A stretch of 29,996 nt of DNA from NCBI GenBank assembly GCA_038740245.1, contig JAVYLZ010000007.1:1-29996 (forward strand). Reading direction: 5' to 3'. A model generated the notes under the pieces. It searched no databases. It was not told the origin of the DNA and saw nothing but the letters and a program-made list of their open reading frames with translations. The first letter of the stretch is position 1. Every line of letters begins with the position of its first letter. The stretch is from Candidatus Micrarchaeia archaeon. GTDB lineage: Archaea > Micrarchaeota > Micrarchaeia > CAILAH01. Positions 7,778-16,705 of the stretch are shown here, piece after piece. The position numbers and the translations under genes were made by a program.

Positions 7778-9445
7778 ATGCTGATGATGGTAATATCCGG
7801 CCAGCGTGCACGCGAGCTCCAGCGCGACCTTGAGTGCTCAGGCCTCCCGCTTAAATGGGACGCAAACCGGTATGCGCGGAACTCGCTTTTGGCTGCGTTT
7901 GTGCTGGGCCTTATTGCGTTTGCGCTGGGATTGGCGGCCGACTGGCAGCTTGCGCACACGACGGCACTTGCACTGCTCACCCTTGCGCTCGCATACTCAT
8001 TCCTGCTCCGGCTGCCAGGCCTGCTTGCGATGCAGCGCGCCACGCAGGTAGATGCGGACCTGCCCATACTCCTGCGTGCGCTGGCAACCGAGCTCTCAAT
8101 AGGCGTCCCCTTTGAGGATGCGCTTGAGTCGGCATCAAGGATGGAGGGCCCCTCTGCAGCCATATTCCGTGTCGTGCTGGCGGACCTGCGCAGGGGTGTG
8201 CCCCCCTCAGATGCATTCGCCAATGCGCGGCGCCTGACACGCTCGCGCATGATGGACAAGGCGCTTTCGCACATCGCATTCCTGCACTCGTACGGGTATG
8301 AGGGCAGCGGCCTGGGCAAGCTTGTGGATGAGATTACAGCGGAGCACCGCTCGCGCATCAAGGGCCACGCATCAAAAAGCTCGCTGCTGGGCGTTGTGCT
8401 TATTGCAGTAAGCGCGGTGGTGCCGGCGCTTGCAACCACCTACCTCGTTGTGGGCTCGTCATTTATGGACCTTAATCTTTCGCAGGCGGACATATACACA
8501 CTTTACATAGTAGTGCTGCCGCTGCTTACGTTTGCACTCCTGCTCGCGATGCGTGCCATGTCGCCCGTTGAGTCGCGCAGGGGTGCGGATTTCCTGTCCA
8601 AGGAGGAGTTGCACAAGTTCACGATATTCCTGTCAACTTACGGCATAATGATGCCTGCGCAGGCGTTCCTTTTGTACCTGACTTTGTTCTCGCTTGCGCT
8701 TGCGGCCGCTGCATATGCTGCCACATCATCGCTGCTGGCACTCTCGCTTGTGCTGCTGCCCCTTGTTGCGTACGGCATATTCCTTTACCTGGATGACATA
8801 CGCGTATCGCAGGCCGAGGAGCGGATGCCCGATGCGCTGCTGTATGCAGCTTCGTTGCACCATCTCGGCCTTGAGCGCGTCATAGAGAAGATTGCGGCTG
8901 CTGATTACGGTGTGCTGTCCGCAGAATTTGGGCGTGCGCACAGACAGGTGCAGGCAGGGCTTTCAGTGCGGCAGGCTCTGCTCTCGCTTTCGGAAAGGAA
9001 TCCATCCCCAATTGTTGAGCGTGGTGTTGCACTGCTCATAAAAATACATGAGGTGGGCGCACCGCTTGAGCGTGCCCTCAAGAGCACAGCAGAGGACATA
9101 CAGGACCTGTTTATGCTGTTCAAGGAGCGCAGTGCGGTCCTCTCAATGCAGAAGTATAACATGATGGTGGCGGCTCTGCTCGTCCCCGCCATATTCGGTG
9201 TGGTGCTCTCGCTTGTGGCGTCGCTGGACCTTACCTATATTGAGACGCTGCTTTCATCACCGTCCTCGCGCGCTCTCCTGCCCGCCATCCAGTCGGCCGT
9301 CCCGCTGTACCTTATTGAGTTCTCACTATTATCCAGCATATTCATAGCTGATTATTCCGGCTCGTGGAAGCGGTTTGCGGTTTACCTTGTGTTCCTGCTG
9401 CCGCTTACGTTTGGGGTGTACTACGGGGCGCAGGCCTTTATATAA
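7778..9445 (+). CDS. Type II secretion system F / TadB-TadC / ArlJ-like membrane platform protein with two T2SSF domains
   Basis: Two repeated modules (VDADLPILLRALATELSIGVPFEDAL and AEERMPDALL..S..GVLSAEF..GLSVRQAL), each followed by TM helices. Confidence 0.85.
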   Translation: MLMMVISGQRARELQRDLECSGLPLKWDANRYARNSLLAAFVLGLIAFALGLAADWQLAHTTALALLTLALAYSFLLRLPGLLAMQRATQVDADLPILLRALATELSIGVPFEDALESASRMEGPSAAIFRVVLADLRRGVPPSDAFANARRLTRSRMMDKALSHIAFLHSYGYEGSGLGKLVDEITAEHRSRIKGHASKSSLLGVVLIAVSAVVPALATTYLVVGSSFMDLNLSQADIYTLYIVVLPLLTFALLLAMRAMSPVESRRGADFLSKEELHKFTIFLSTYGIMMPAQAFLLYLTLFSLALAAAAYAATSSLLALSLVLLPLVAYGIFLYLDDIRVSQAEERMPDALLYAASLHHLGLERVIEKIAAADYGVLSAEFGRAHRQVQAGLSVRQALLSLSERNPSPIVERGVALLIKIHEVGAPLERALKSTAEDIQDLFMLFKERSAVLSMQKYNMMVAALLVPAIFGVVLSLVASLDLTYIETLLSSPSSRALLPAIQSAVPLYLIEFSLLSSIFIADYSGSWKRFAVYLVFLLPLTFGVYYGAQAFI

Positions 9446-9525
9446 ATAGGGTATATAAGTGTAATCCTATGATTACGGCAAGAGCGCAATGGTTCTTGCG
9501 AATTTGCCGTAATGTTGTTGGGAAA

Positions 9526-9694
9526 ATATATAATAAAATAAACAATACGGGTGAATCTTTAAAAAGCTTATTCAGTAATCTCATACGCTACCCTCGGAGC
9601 AGGGCTACTCCATAGCTTTGCTTTAGGGTATCCCTTATGAGGGTTACAAATACCCAACACGAAGGGAGAAAATCTAGGGAAAAACTAGAGGTGG
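9526..9694 (+). promoter_or_regulatory. S-layer gene promoter(s), structured 5' leader and RBS
   Basis: TATA-like boxes at about 9526 (ATATATAA) and 9558 (TTTAAAAA), a long hairpin at 9575-9647, and GAGGTGG RBS at 9688-9694. Confidence 0.6.
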
Positions 9695-9698
9695 ATGA

Positions 9699-12302
9699 AT
9701 GAAAAGTATGAATACCAAGAAGATCGCTGCACTTGCAGCGGGCGCAGCCCTGTTGGGCGGCGCACTGCTCGGCGCAGTGAGCTTTGAGAATACCGAGCTT
9801 ATCAACAGCAACGGCCAGGTAATGGCGAAGGTTGTTGTTGGTGAGAAGGCAGCAGCAAGCGATGGTGTAGCAGCGGCAAACATTGCAGCAGTGCTCGGCA
9901 ACCACGCGTTTAAGAAGGTTGCAGTCAGTGCGACCCCGACCGGCCTTGATGCACTTACGTGCAGCGGCACTGGTGCAGGCACCTGCGAGGTCCTGAGCAA
10001 GTCAGTGACGCTTGAGGTCACAACCCCTGCAGGCACAGTCCCCGCGGGCGCGTACGGCTTCAAGACCCTGATAACTGACTACGTTGACTCAGACCTTGAG
10101 AACAGGATAAACACAGGTGCAAGCGATAAGGAAACAACTCCTTGGAGTAATAGTGAAGCCGCACTTAAGGTTGATGGTGAGGACTTTCCAGCACTTGAGG
10201 ACTACACTGTGAAGGACCCGCAGTCAACGTTCTCAACAACCGAGTACCAATACATTTATGTAAAAAGCGACCAGGTCCACTACGACGATGATAAGAGCGA
10301 TTTCGTTGCAGAGCAGATACAGCTTGCATACGAGATTGAGTTTGACGACTCTGGGATACCAGTGTGTTCGGACTCAAAGAGTGGCTACTGGGCGTACTGT
10401 ACGGTGAACGTGGGTACGAACGACGATGATGACAACACCGACAAGGCACTTGAGAACCACCGCGTGAAGGTGAAGTTCCTCGGTGAGGAGTGGATCCTCA
10501 GTGGCATGGACATTGAGGAGGACACTGTGAAGCTCGCAAAGGAGAGTGCATACTCACCCAAGCTACAGATTGGTGAGAGCCTTGACCTCGGCGATGGCAA
10601 CAAGCTCGTCCTCGGCGACTTGAAGCCCGCATCTGGTGGCCAAACGGCAGACATTGCAATCTTCTCCGTGAAGGACGCGTCCGGCACTGAGATTGCATCA
10701 AAGACCGTTGCACAGGGCGCAACCACTGAGATACAGGCAGGCTCAAAGACCTACCGTGTCCGTGTTTACCAGGTGGCACCCGGTTACACACTCACTGAGA
10801 AGTGGGCGGAGGTAGCGGTGTTTGGCCAGGAGCTTGAGCTTGTAGATGGCGATGAGCTTAAGAACAATGAGGACAAGTGGGAGGTTGCACTTACGTGGGA
10901 GAACAAGGATACAAATGGCGGTATCTACACTGCTAAAACCGTAGACCATTTGAAGAAGATCCAGCTCAAGGGCATTGATTACAAGGACCTCTACAAGGGC
11001 GACTACATGACCGTTGTGGACGACCCTGCGAAGTTTAAGCTGACCTTCACCGGCCTTGACCTGACAGACAAGGATTACCTGAAAGTCAGCTTCAAGGTTG
11101 AGAGGACCGGAACGACAGTGTACGATACCGACACAAGCGATACTGACGATGCCGCAGACAGGCGTATCACTGGTGACACTGATGACACCAACAAGGACAC
11201 CCAGATAAGCATAAAAGCGGATGAGGGGATCTTCACCGTCTTTGATAAGGCGAACAAGAAGTTTGATAGGGTAAGCGAACTCCTGTTCTCGCCAGTAGGT
11301 GTAGTGAACTACAGCAACAAGAGCCAGCAGATTGATGGCAACTGGACAATGTACTTTAAGGAGGGTTCTAAGTACTACCTCGCAAAGGATGGAACGAACA
11401 ATTATGTTGGGTCTGCAATGGAGTATGCTACCGTTCCATACGAGCTAGGAGGGGACACCTTCAACATGTACATCGGCATAGCCAACCTTTCAGAAACATC
11501 AACATTCGGTGACGTGAATTGGAGCAACGCAACCAACTCAAGCCCTGTGCTTGGTGCGGATACCCCGGTTTACATCTGGTTCACTGAGGACATAGAGAAC
11601 AGCCAGACCGCCACATTTGCGCTGAGGTTGGTGGACAAGAACGATGAGGACGATGAGGAGCTTGTCTTTGATGCAGTTGGTAGCAACACCAACGATGACG
11701 ACGACCAGGTCTGGTACAAAGGCCAGATCACTACTGGCACGGTAGACCTCCACTACTACACTGAGCGCGGCACAAAACTGGACGGCAGCAAGACCTCCTT
11801 TACTGTGAACCTTGCGAAGAAGGTCGGCAGGCTCGGCTTTGTGCTCCAGGCAACTGGTGCAACGGAGACCGGCGCCAACTCCTACGAGCAGACGCTGAAG
11901 GAGGGCGAGCAGCTCACACTCAGCGACGGCACCAAGGTGAAGGTGAAGGCAATCAACTGCCAGACCGGCAGCTGCACTGCAGGTGTGGGTTCAGTGAGCG
12001 GCACTGACAAGGTATCATGCCAGGTCAACGCGAATGTTGCAAACCTCGGTGAGAGGCAGAACATCGCAAGCGACCTCGTGGTGCTTGACAGCGCGTTCAG
12101 CGGCACTGAGACCGTGATCGCAGTCGGCGGCCCGGCAGTGAACACCGTCACAAAGGCAATCGTCAGCGGCACTGGCGTGACCTTTGAGAAGGCGGGCGAC
12201 GTCGTTGTCCAGGAAGTTGAGACCGGCAAGATCGTTGTTGCAGGTTACAACGCACAGGACACACTGGCGGCAGCCCAGCAGTTCATTGCAAAGCTGGCAT
12301 AA
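9699..12302 (+). CDS. S-layer protein
   Basis: KKIAALAAGAALLG signal, S-layer N-domain motif VVVGEKAAASDGVAAANIAA, and C-domain motif IAVGGPAVN..IVVAG..AQDTLAAA. Acidic and Thr-rich composition. Confidence 0.93.
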   Translation: MKSMNTKKIAALAAGAALLGGALLGAVSFENTELINSNGQVMAKVVVGEKAAASDGVAAANIAAVLGNHAFKKVAVSATPTGLDALTCSGTGAGTCEVLSKSVTLEVTTPAGTVPAGAYGFKTLITDYVDSDLENRINTGASDKETTPWSNSEAALKVDGEDFPALEDYTVKDPQSTFSTTEYQYIYVKSDQVHYDDDKSDFVAEQIQLAYEIEFDDSGIPVCSDSKSGYWAYCTVNVGTNDDDDNTDKALENHRVKVKFLGEEWILSGMDIEEDTVKLAKESAYSPKLQIGESLDLGDGNKLVLGDLKPASGGQTADIAIFSVKDASGTEIASKTVAQGATTEIQAGSKTYRVRVYQVAPGYTLTEKWAEVAVFGQELELVDGDELKNNEDKWEVALTWENKDTNGGIYTAKTVDHLKKIQLKGIDYKDLYKGDYMTVVDDPAKFKLTFTGLDLTDKDYLKVSFKVERTGTTVYDTDTSDTDDAADRRITGDTDDTNKDTQISIKADEGIFTVFDKANKKFDRVSELLFSPVGVVNYSNKSQQIDGNWTMYFKEGSKYYLAKDGTNNYVGSAMEYATVPYELGGDTFNMYIGIANLSETSTFGDVNWSNATNSSPVLGADTPVYIWFTEDIENSQTATFALRLVDKNDEDDEELVFDAVGSNTNDDDDQVWYKGQITTGTVDLHYYTERGTKLDGSKTSFTVNLAKKVGRLGFVLQATGATETGANSYEQTLKEGEQLTLSDGTKVKVKAINCQTGSCTAGVGSVSGTDKVSCQVNANVANLGERQNIASDLVVLDSAFSGTETVIAVGGPAVNTVTKAIVSGTGVTFEKAGDVVVQEVETGKIVVAGYNAQDTLAAAQQFIAKLA

Positions 12303-12315
12303 AGCCACAAAACCC

Positions 12316-12340
12316 TTTTTTTCTTTTAATTTCTATTTCT
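12316..12340 (+). terminator. Oligo-T archaeal terminator after the S-layer gene
   Basis: TTTTTTTCTTTTAATTTCTATTTCT starts about 13 nt after the stop codon. Confidence 0.6.
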
Positions 12341-12575
12341 TGCATAAGCTCAAGCCCAAAATATCCCTGAAAAGCCAGCCATTACACGATTTTAGGAGCG
12401 TGCAGGCAATTTACTGCCCAACTAATGCAAAGGTAACGAGTTTCATGTTTCAAGAATTGGGCAGTAAAGTTATTCCTTAACCTTAAGGGAGAGCAACGCC
12501 ATATTTCCATCCCGAGGGGGCATTACCACGCAACTGGAATGCTTTTTAATGTAATCCGTGCCTAACCTTAGGTGT

Positions 12576-13484
12576 ATGCGCATAATGCTGCAGTTTCCTG
12601 AGGGCCTCAAGCAGAGGGCACTTGAGTATGTGCGGAGGTACGTTAAGGAGGGCCACGAGGTGGTGGTCTCATCTGAGCCGTCATACGGCGCGTGCGACAT
12701 ACCAGTAAATGAGGCCCTGAAGCTGGGATGTGCGAAAATCGTGCATTTTGGCCACGTAGAGTTCTGCAAAATACGCGAAATTGAAGTTGAGTATGTGCCG
12801 TATTACTCCGATGCGCCTGTTGATGGTGTTGTGAGGGATGCAGCAAATCTCATTAAGGCGGCCGGCTGCAGGCGGGTAGGCGTGATAACCAACCTCAGCC
12901 ACGTGAGGCAGGTCCCTGCGGTTAAGGAGTTGCTTGTGAAGGAAGGGCTTGAGGTGTTTACTGCTAAGGGCAGTGCAAAGTGCCCGAACGAATGCCAAAT
13001 CCTTGGGTGTGATGTTACGGCGCTCACATCATTGCCGGAAGTTGATTGTGTCCTGTATGTGGGGGGCGGCACGTTCCACGCGCTTGCACCGGGTGCAATG
13101 CACGTGGGCGGGCTTAAGCCGGTGCTGTGGGCCGACCCGTTCAGCGGCACCGTTAAGTGGATAACCGAGGAGATAAAGAGGATACAGAAACAGAGGAAGG
13201 TTGCGCTTATGCGTGCCAGTGAGGCGAAGGTGTACGGGATTTTGGTGAGCACCAAGCCCGGCCAGTACGCATACCCGCTTGCACGCACACTTCAGGAAAA
13301 AATACGCGCCAGGGGCAAGGATGCCGTGATAATTGTTGGGAATACGTTTGATTTCACTTCGCTGAACAATTTTATGTGGGTTGATGCGTGGATAAACACC
13401 GCCTGCCCGAGGATAGCCGATGACCAGAATAAGCTAAGGGCCCCGATAATAAATGCTTCTGAGGCCGAGTTTTTGTTCAAGTAA
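12576..13484 (+). CDS. dph2: 2-(3-amino-3-carboxypropyl)histidine synthase (diphthamide synthesis)
   Basis: LQFPEGLK, YGACD, VHFGH, QILGCD, G.G.FH, STKPGQ and TACPRI motifs, with all three Fe-S cysteines. Likely start ATG 12576. Confidence 0.96.
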   Translation: MRIMLQFPEGLKQRALEYVRRYVKEGHEVVVSSEPSYGACDIPVNEALKLGCAKIVHFGHVEFCKIREIEVEYVPYYSDAPVDGVVRDAANLIKAAGCRRVGVITNLSHVRQVPAVKELLVKEGLEVFTAKGSAKCPNECQILGCDVTALTSLPEVDCVLYVGGGTFHALAPGAMHVGGLKPVLWADPFSGTVKWITEEIKRIQKQRKVALMRASEAKVYGILVSTKPGQYAYPLARTLQEKIRARGKDAVIIVGNTFDFTSLNNFMWVDAWINTACPRIADDQNKLRAPIINASEAEFLFK

Positions 13485-13557
13485 GGCAAGGAAAGAGCGC
13501 ACCTATACGCACAAGGCCCCAAAGGGGAAAACACACAAAAAGCAAAAGAAATAGCGG

Positions 13558-15870
13558 TTATTCCTTGCCTACTTTTTCGTTGATGCTGCGCAGCATCCTG
13601 AGCATAAGCTTGCGCTCGGCGGACGCAACATTCTTGCGTGTGCGCTCAATAGCATCCGGGTTCACCGATATGCTCGTTACACCGTACTCAACCAGCTTCT
13701 CTGCAAACTCCGGGTACACGCTGGGCGCCTGGCCGCACACTGATACTGTAACCCCGTGCCTGTTGCACTCGGTTATCACGTGCTTTATGGCGCGCAGCAC
13801 CGCCTCGTTGCGCTCATCAAAATCGCGTGCGAGCAGTGCGTTGTCCCTGTCAATGCCCATTATGAGCTGTGTGAGGTCATTGCTGCCTATTGACACGCCG
13901 TCCACGTGCTTGGCAACCTCATCTATCAGGAACACTGTTGACGGGACCTCAACCATCGCCCACAGCTTGAAGTCCTTGGTGCGGTGCAGCCCCGCATCAG
14001 CCATAAGCTCTGCAACGTGCCTGAGCTCGCCGACCCTGCGCACGAACGGCACCATCACCCACACGTTCTTGAGGCCGTATTTCTCGCGGACCTTGCGTAT
14101 CGCCCGCAGCTCCATCCTGAACACGTCGGGCTCGTGTATGTAGCGTGAGCACCCGCGGTAGCCGAGCATCGGGTTGTTTTCCACGGGCTCATACTTGTCG
14201 CCGCCCTCCAGCGACCTGTACTCATTGGTCTTGAAATCTGTGGTGCGGTACACAACGGGGCGCGGGTAAAACGCAGCCGCAATCCTGCGTATGCCCTCCG
14301 CGAGCTTGTCAACGAACTCATCCTGCCTGCCCTCCGCGATTATCTTGCGCGGGTGGACGCCTATATCAGCAATCATAAACTCGGCACGCAACAGCCCAAC
14401 ACCGTCGACATCGCGGGCCGCAACAGATTCGGCAAGCGCCGGCTCCGCAAGGTTCACGTATATTTTGGTGCCTGTAGGTATCTTTGCCTCAATGGTTTCA
14501 AAGGTGTGCGGCTTTTCCTCAGGAGGCTTGCCGCCAAGGTCAACTGCACCCTCATACACAAGGCCGTGGTCCGAATCCACCGTGACCACTGCGCCCTCCT
14601 TAAGCATTATTGTTGCGTTGCCCGTGCCCACAATGCAGGGGATGCCGAGCTCGCGGCTGACGATGGCCGCATGCGATGTTATCCCGCCCTCATCGGTTAT
14701 GATTGCGCTGGCACGCCGCATCGCCGGCACGTAATCAGGCGAAGTCATTTTGGCAACAAGCACATCGCCTTTCTGCACCTTGCCTATTTCCTTGGGGCTG
14801 GGGATGATGCGCACCGGGCCTGTTGCATGGCCGGAGGTTGCACCGAGCCCGCGCACCAAAATCTTTGCCGAGGAGACATCTGCAAGCTTCTGCTGTGCCG
14901 CAGTGCCGCTGCCTTTGCCGAGTGTGGTTATCGGCCGGCTTTGCACTATGTAAATCGCGCCGTTTGAGTATGCCCACTCAATATCCTGCGGCTTGCCGTA
15001 GTGCTCCTCAACCTTTGCGCCGAACCGCGCCAGGTCCTCAATATACTTGTCCTCAATCTTCTGCCCGCGGCGAAGCTCATCCTTGACATTCACGTGCACC
15101 GTCTCATTGCCAACACGCGTTATCATGTACGTCTGCTCGGATATGCGCTTGTCAATTATCCTGAAATCCTTTTTTGAGACCTTGTATGTATCCGGTGTCA
15201 CAGCACCGGAAACAATCGCCTCGCCAAGCCCGTACACTGCCTCAACCACAATCACGTTGGGGTCGTTGGTTACAGGGTCAACGGTAAACATAACCCCAGA
15301 TTTCTCGGACTGCACCATCTCCTGCACAACGGCCGCCAGCCCGACTTTCTCGTGGCCGAACCCCTGCTCCTCACGGTAGAATATTGCGCGCGCGCCGAAC
15401 AGTGATGCCCAGCACTTCTGCACGGCAAGCACCAGCGAGTCCTCATCGGGCACGTTAAGGTATGTCTCCTGCTGGCCCGCAAAGCTTGCCTCGGGCAGAT
15501 CCTCAGCGGTGGCAGAGCTGCGCACCGCAACGTAATACTGCTCGGATTTGCCCCTCAGCGTCTTGTATGCCTTCCGTATCTCCTTCTCAATGTCCTTCGG
15601 CACCTTAGAGGCCATTATGAGTGTTTTTATCTCGTCGCTTGCGGCCTGCAGCTGCGCCGAATCATATATGTTTGTGCCCTTGAGTATGCGCTTTATCCTG
15701 TCGCCTATGCGCGCATCCTCAATGAACTTGAAGTATGCATCGCTTGTAACCACAAACCCGGGGGGGACCGGCAGCCCCGCACAGTACATCTCACCCAAGT
15801 TTGCACCCTTGCCCCCAGCAATCCCAACATCGTTTTTTGATAAGTCGCCGAACCATGCAATATACGCCAT
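13558..15870 (-). CDS. ppsA: Phosphoenolpyruvate synthase (pyruvate, water dikinase)
   Basis: GGKGANLGEM, VAVRSSATAEDLPEASFAGQQETYLN, GGITSHAAIVSRELG (phospho-His), E.NPMLGYRG and SIGSNDLTQ motifs. Confidence 0.97.
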   Translation of the reverse strand: MAYIAWFGDLSKNDVGIAGGKGANLGEMYCAGLPVPPGFVVTSDAYFKFIEDARIGDRIKRILKGTNIYDSAQLQAASDEIKTLIMASKVPKDIEKEIRKAYKTLRGKSEQYYVAVRSSATAEDLPEASFAGQQETYLNVPDEDSLVLAVQKCWASLFGARAIFYREEQGFGHEKVGLAAVVQEMVQSEKSGVMFTVDPVTNDPNVIVVEAVYGLGEAIVSGAVTPDTYKVSKKDFRIIDKRISEQTYMITRVGNETVHVNVKDELRRGQKIEDKYIEDLARFGAKVEEHYGKPQDIEWAYSNGAIYIVQSRPITTLGKGSGTAAQQKLADVSSAKILVRGLGATSGHATGPVRIIPSPKEIGKVQKGDVLVAKMTSPDYVPAMRRASAIITDEGGITSHAAIVSRELGIPCIVGTGNATIMLKEGAVVTVDSDHGLVYEGAVDLGGKPPEEKPHTFETIEAKIPTGTKIYVNLAEPALAESVAARDVDGVGLLRAEFMIADIGVHPRKIIAEGRQDEFVDKLAEGIRRIAAAFYPRPVVYRTTDFKTNEYRSLEGGDKYEPVENNPMLGYRGCSRYIHEPDVFRMELRAIRKVREKYGLKNVWVMVPFVRRVGELRHVAELMADAGLHRTKDFKLWAMVEVPSTVFLIDEVAKHVDGVSIGSNDLTQLIMGIDRDNALLARDFDERNEAVLRAIKHVITECNRHGVTVSVCGQAPSVYPEFAEKLVEYGVTSISVNPDAIERTRKNVASAERKLMLRMLRSINEKVGKE

Positions 15871-16063
15871 ATTATGCACCAACACCTACTTGCCTACAAA
15901 CCTTAAATACGTTTAAAGGGAAGCGGGTGCGCAAGTATTCAGGGCATATGCTTTCGGCATGCCAGTGAAGATGTGTGGCACATAGCATAGCGGGCGGTGG
16001 GGGCCGGGATTGTGCACACGGCCAAGTTAAATGCATTTAATAGTTATGTTCCTGAATGCACAC

Positions 16064-16642
16064 ATGCTTGAGCTTGCCCTGATATTGCAGGTGATAATCC
16101 TGCTTAACCCGCTGTCATCGTTCCCGCTGCTGCTCAGGGCATACCAGGAAAAGCTTAATGTTAGGAGGATAGCCGTGCAGGCAATCCTGCTCGCATTCGT
16201 CATAGCAATGCTAATCGTGATATGCGGGCCGCTGCTGTTCTCGCTGTTCAGCGTGAGCATTGACTCATTCCGGATAGCCGGCGGTGTGGTGCTGTTCCTG
16301 CTTGGCATTGACACTGTGCGCCCCAAGGAGGAAAACAACCATAAGAAAGGGGTTGACGAGGTTGACGGGCTCATCTCAATAATAGCAACACCCTTGCTCA
16401 CCGGGCCGGCAACCATCTCTTTTGTGGCAATCAAGACCGCGGAGATCGGGGCCCTGCAAATGCTCGCAAACCTTATCCCAGCATTCATTATCGCCGGCAC
16501 CATATTCGTGGGCGGCTCGCTGGTTATCCATAAGATTAACCATAAGGTGGTTAGCATACTCTCGCGCGTGCTCGGCCTGTTCCTGACTGGCATGGCGATT
16601 GAGATGATTGCAACGGGCATGAAAGGGATGTTTGTGATGTAG
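16064..16642 (+). CDS. MarC family membrane protein
   Basis: LNPL, FRIAGGVVLF, PLLTGPATI and R.LGLFL..MAIEMI..G motifs with about 6 TMs. ATG 16064 lies 28 nt from the start of a TATA box. Confidence 0.92.
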   Translation: MLELALILQVIILLNPLSSFPLLLRAYQEKLNVRRIAVQAILLAFVIAMLIVICGPLLFSLFSVSIDSFRIAGGVVLFLLGIDTVRPKEENNHKKGVDEVDGLISIIATPLLTGPATISFVAIKTAEIGALQMLANLIPAFIIAGTIFVGGSLVIHKINHKVVSILSRVLGLFLTGMAIEMIATGMKGMFVM

Positions 16643-16705
16643 GGCGCGCCGCCGGTGTGCGCGTTATTAAAAAGGTTTAAATTTGTGATTTTGCCGAATT
16701 TATGC

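Noticed and set aside
12470..12523. 17-codon minus-strand ORF (MPPRDGNMALLSLKVKE) near a TATA-like box
   Set aside because: Too short to support, and the region is better explained by RNA stems.
15920..16025. Possible stems in the ppsA-marC intergenic region
   Set aside because: Short, mutually exclusive pairings with no recognisable riboswitch motif.
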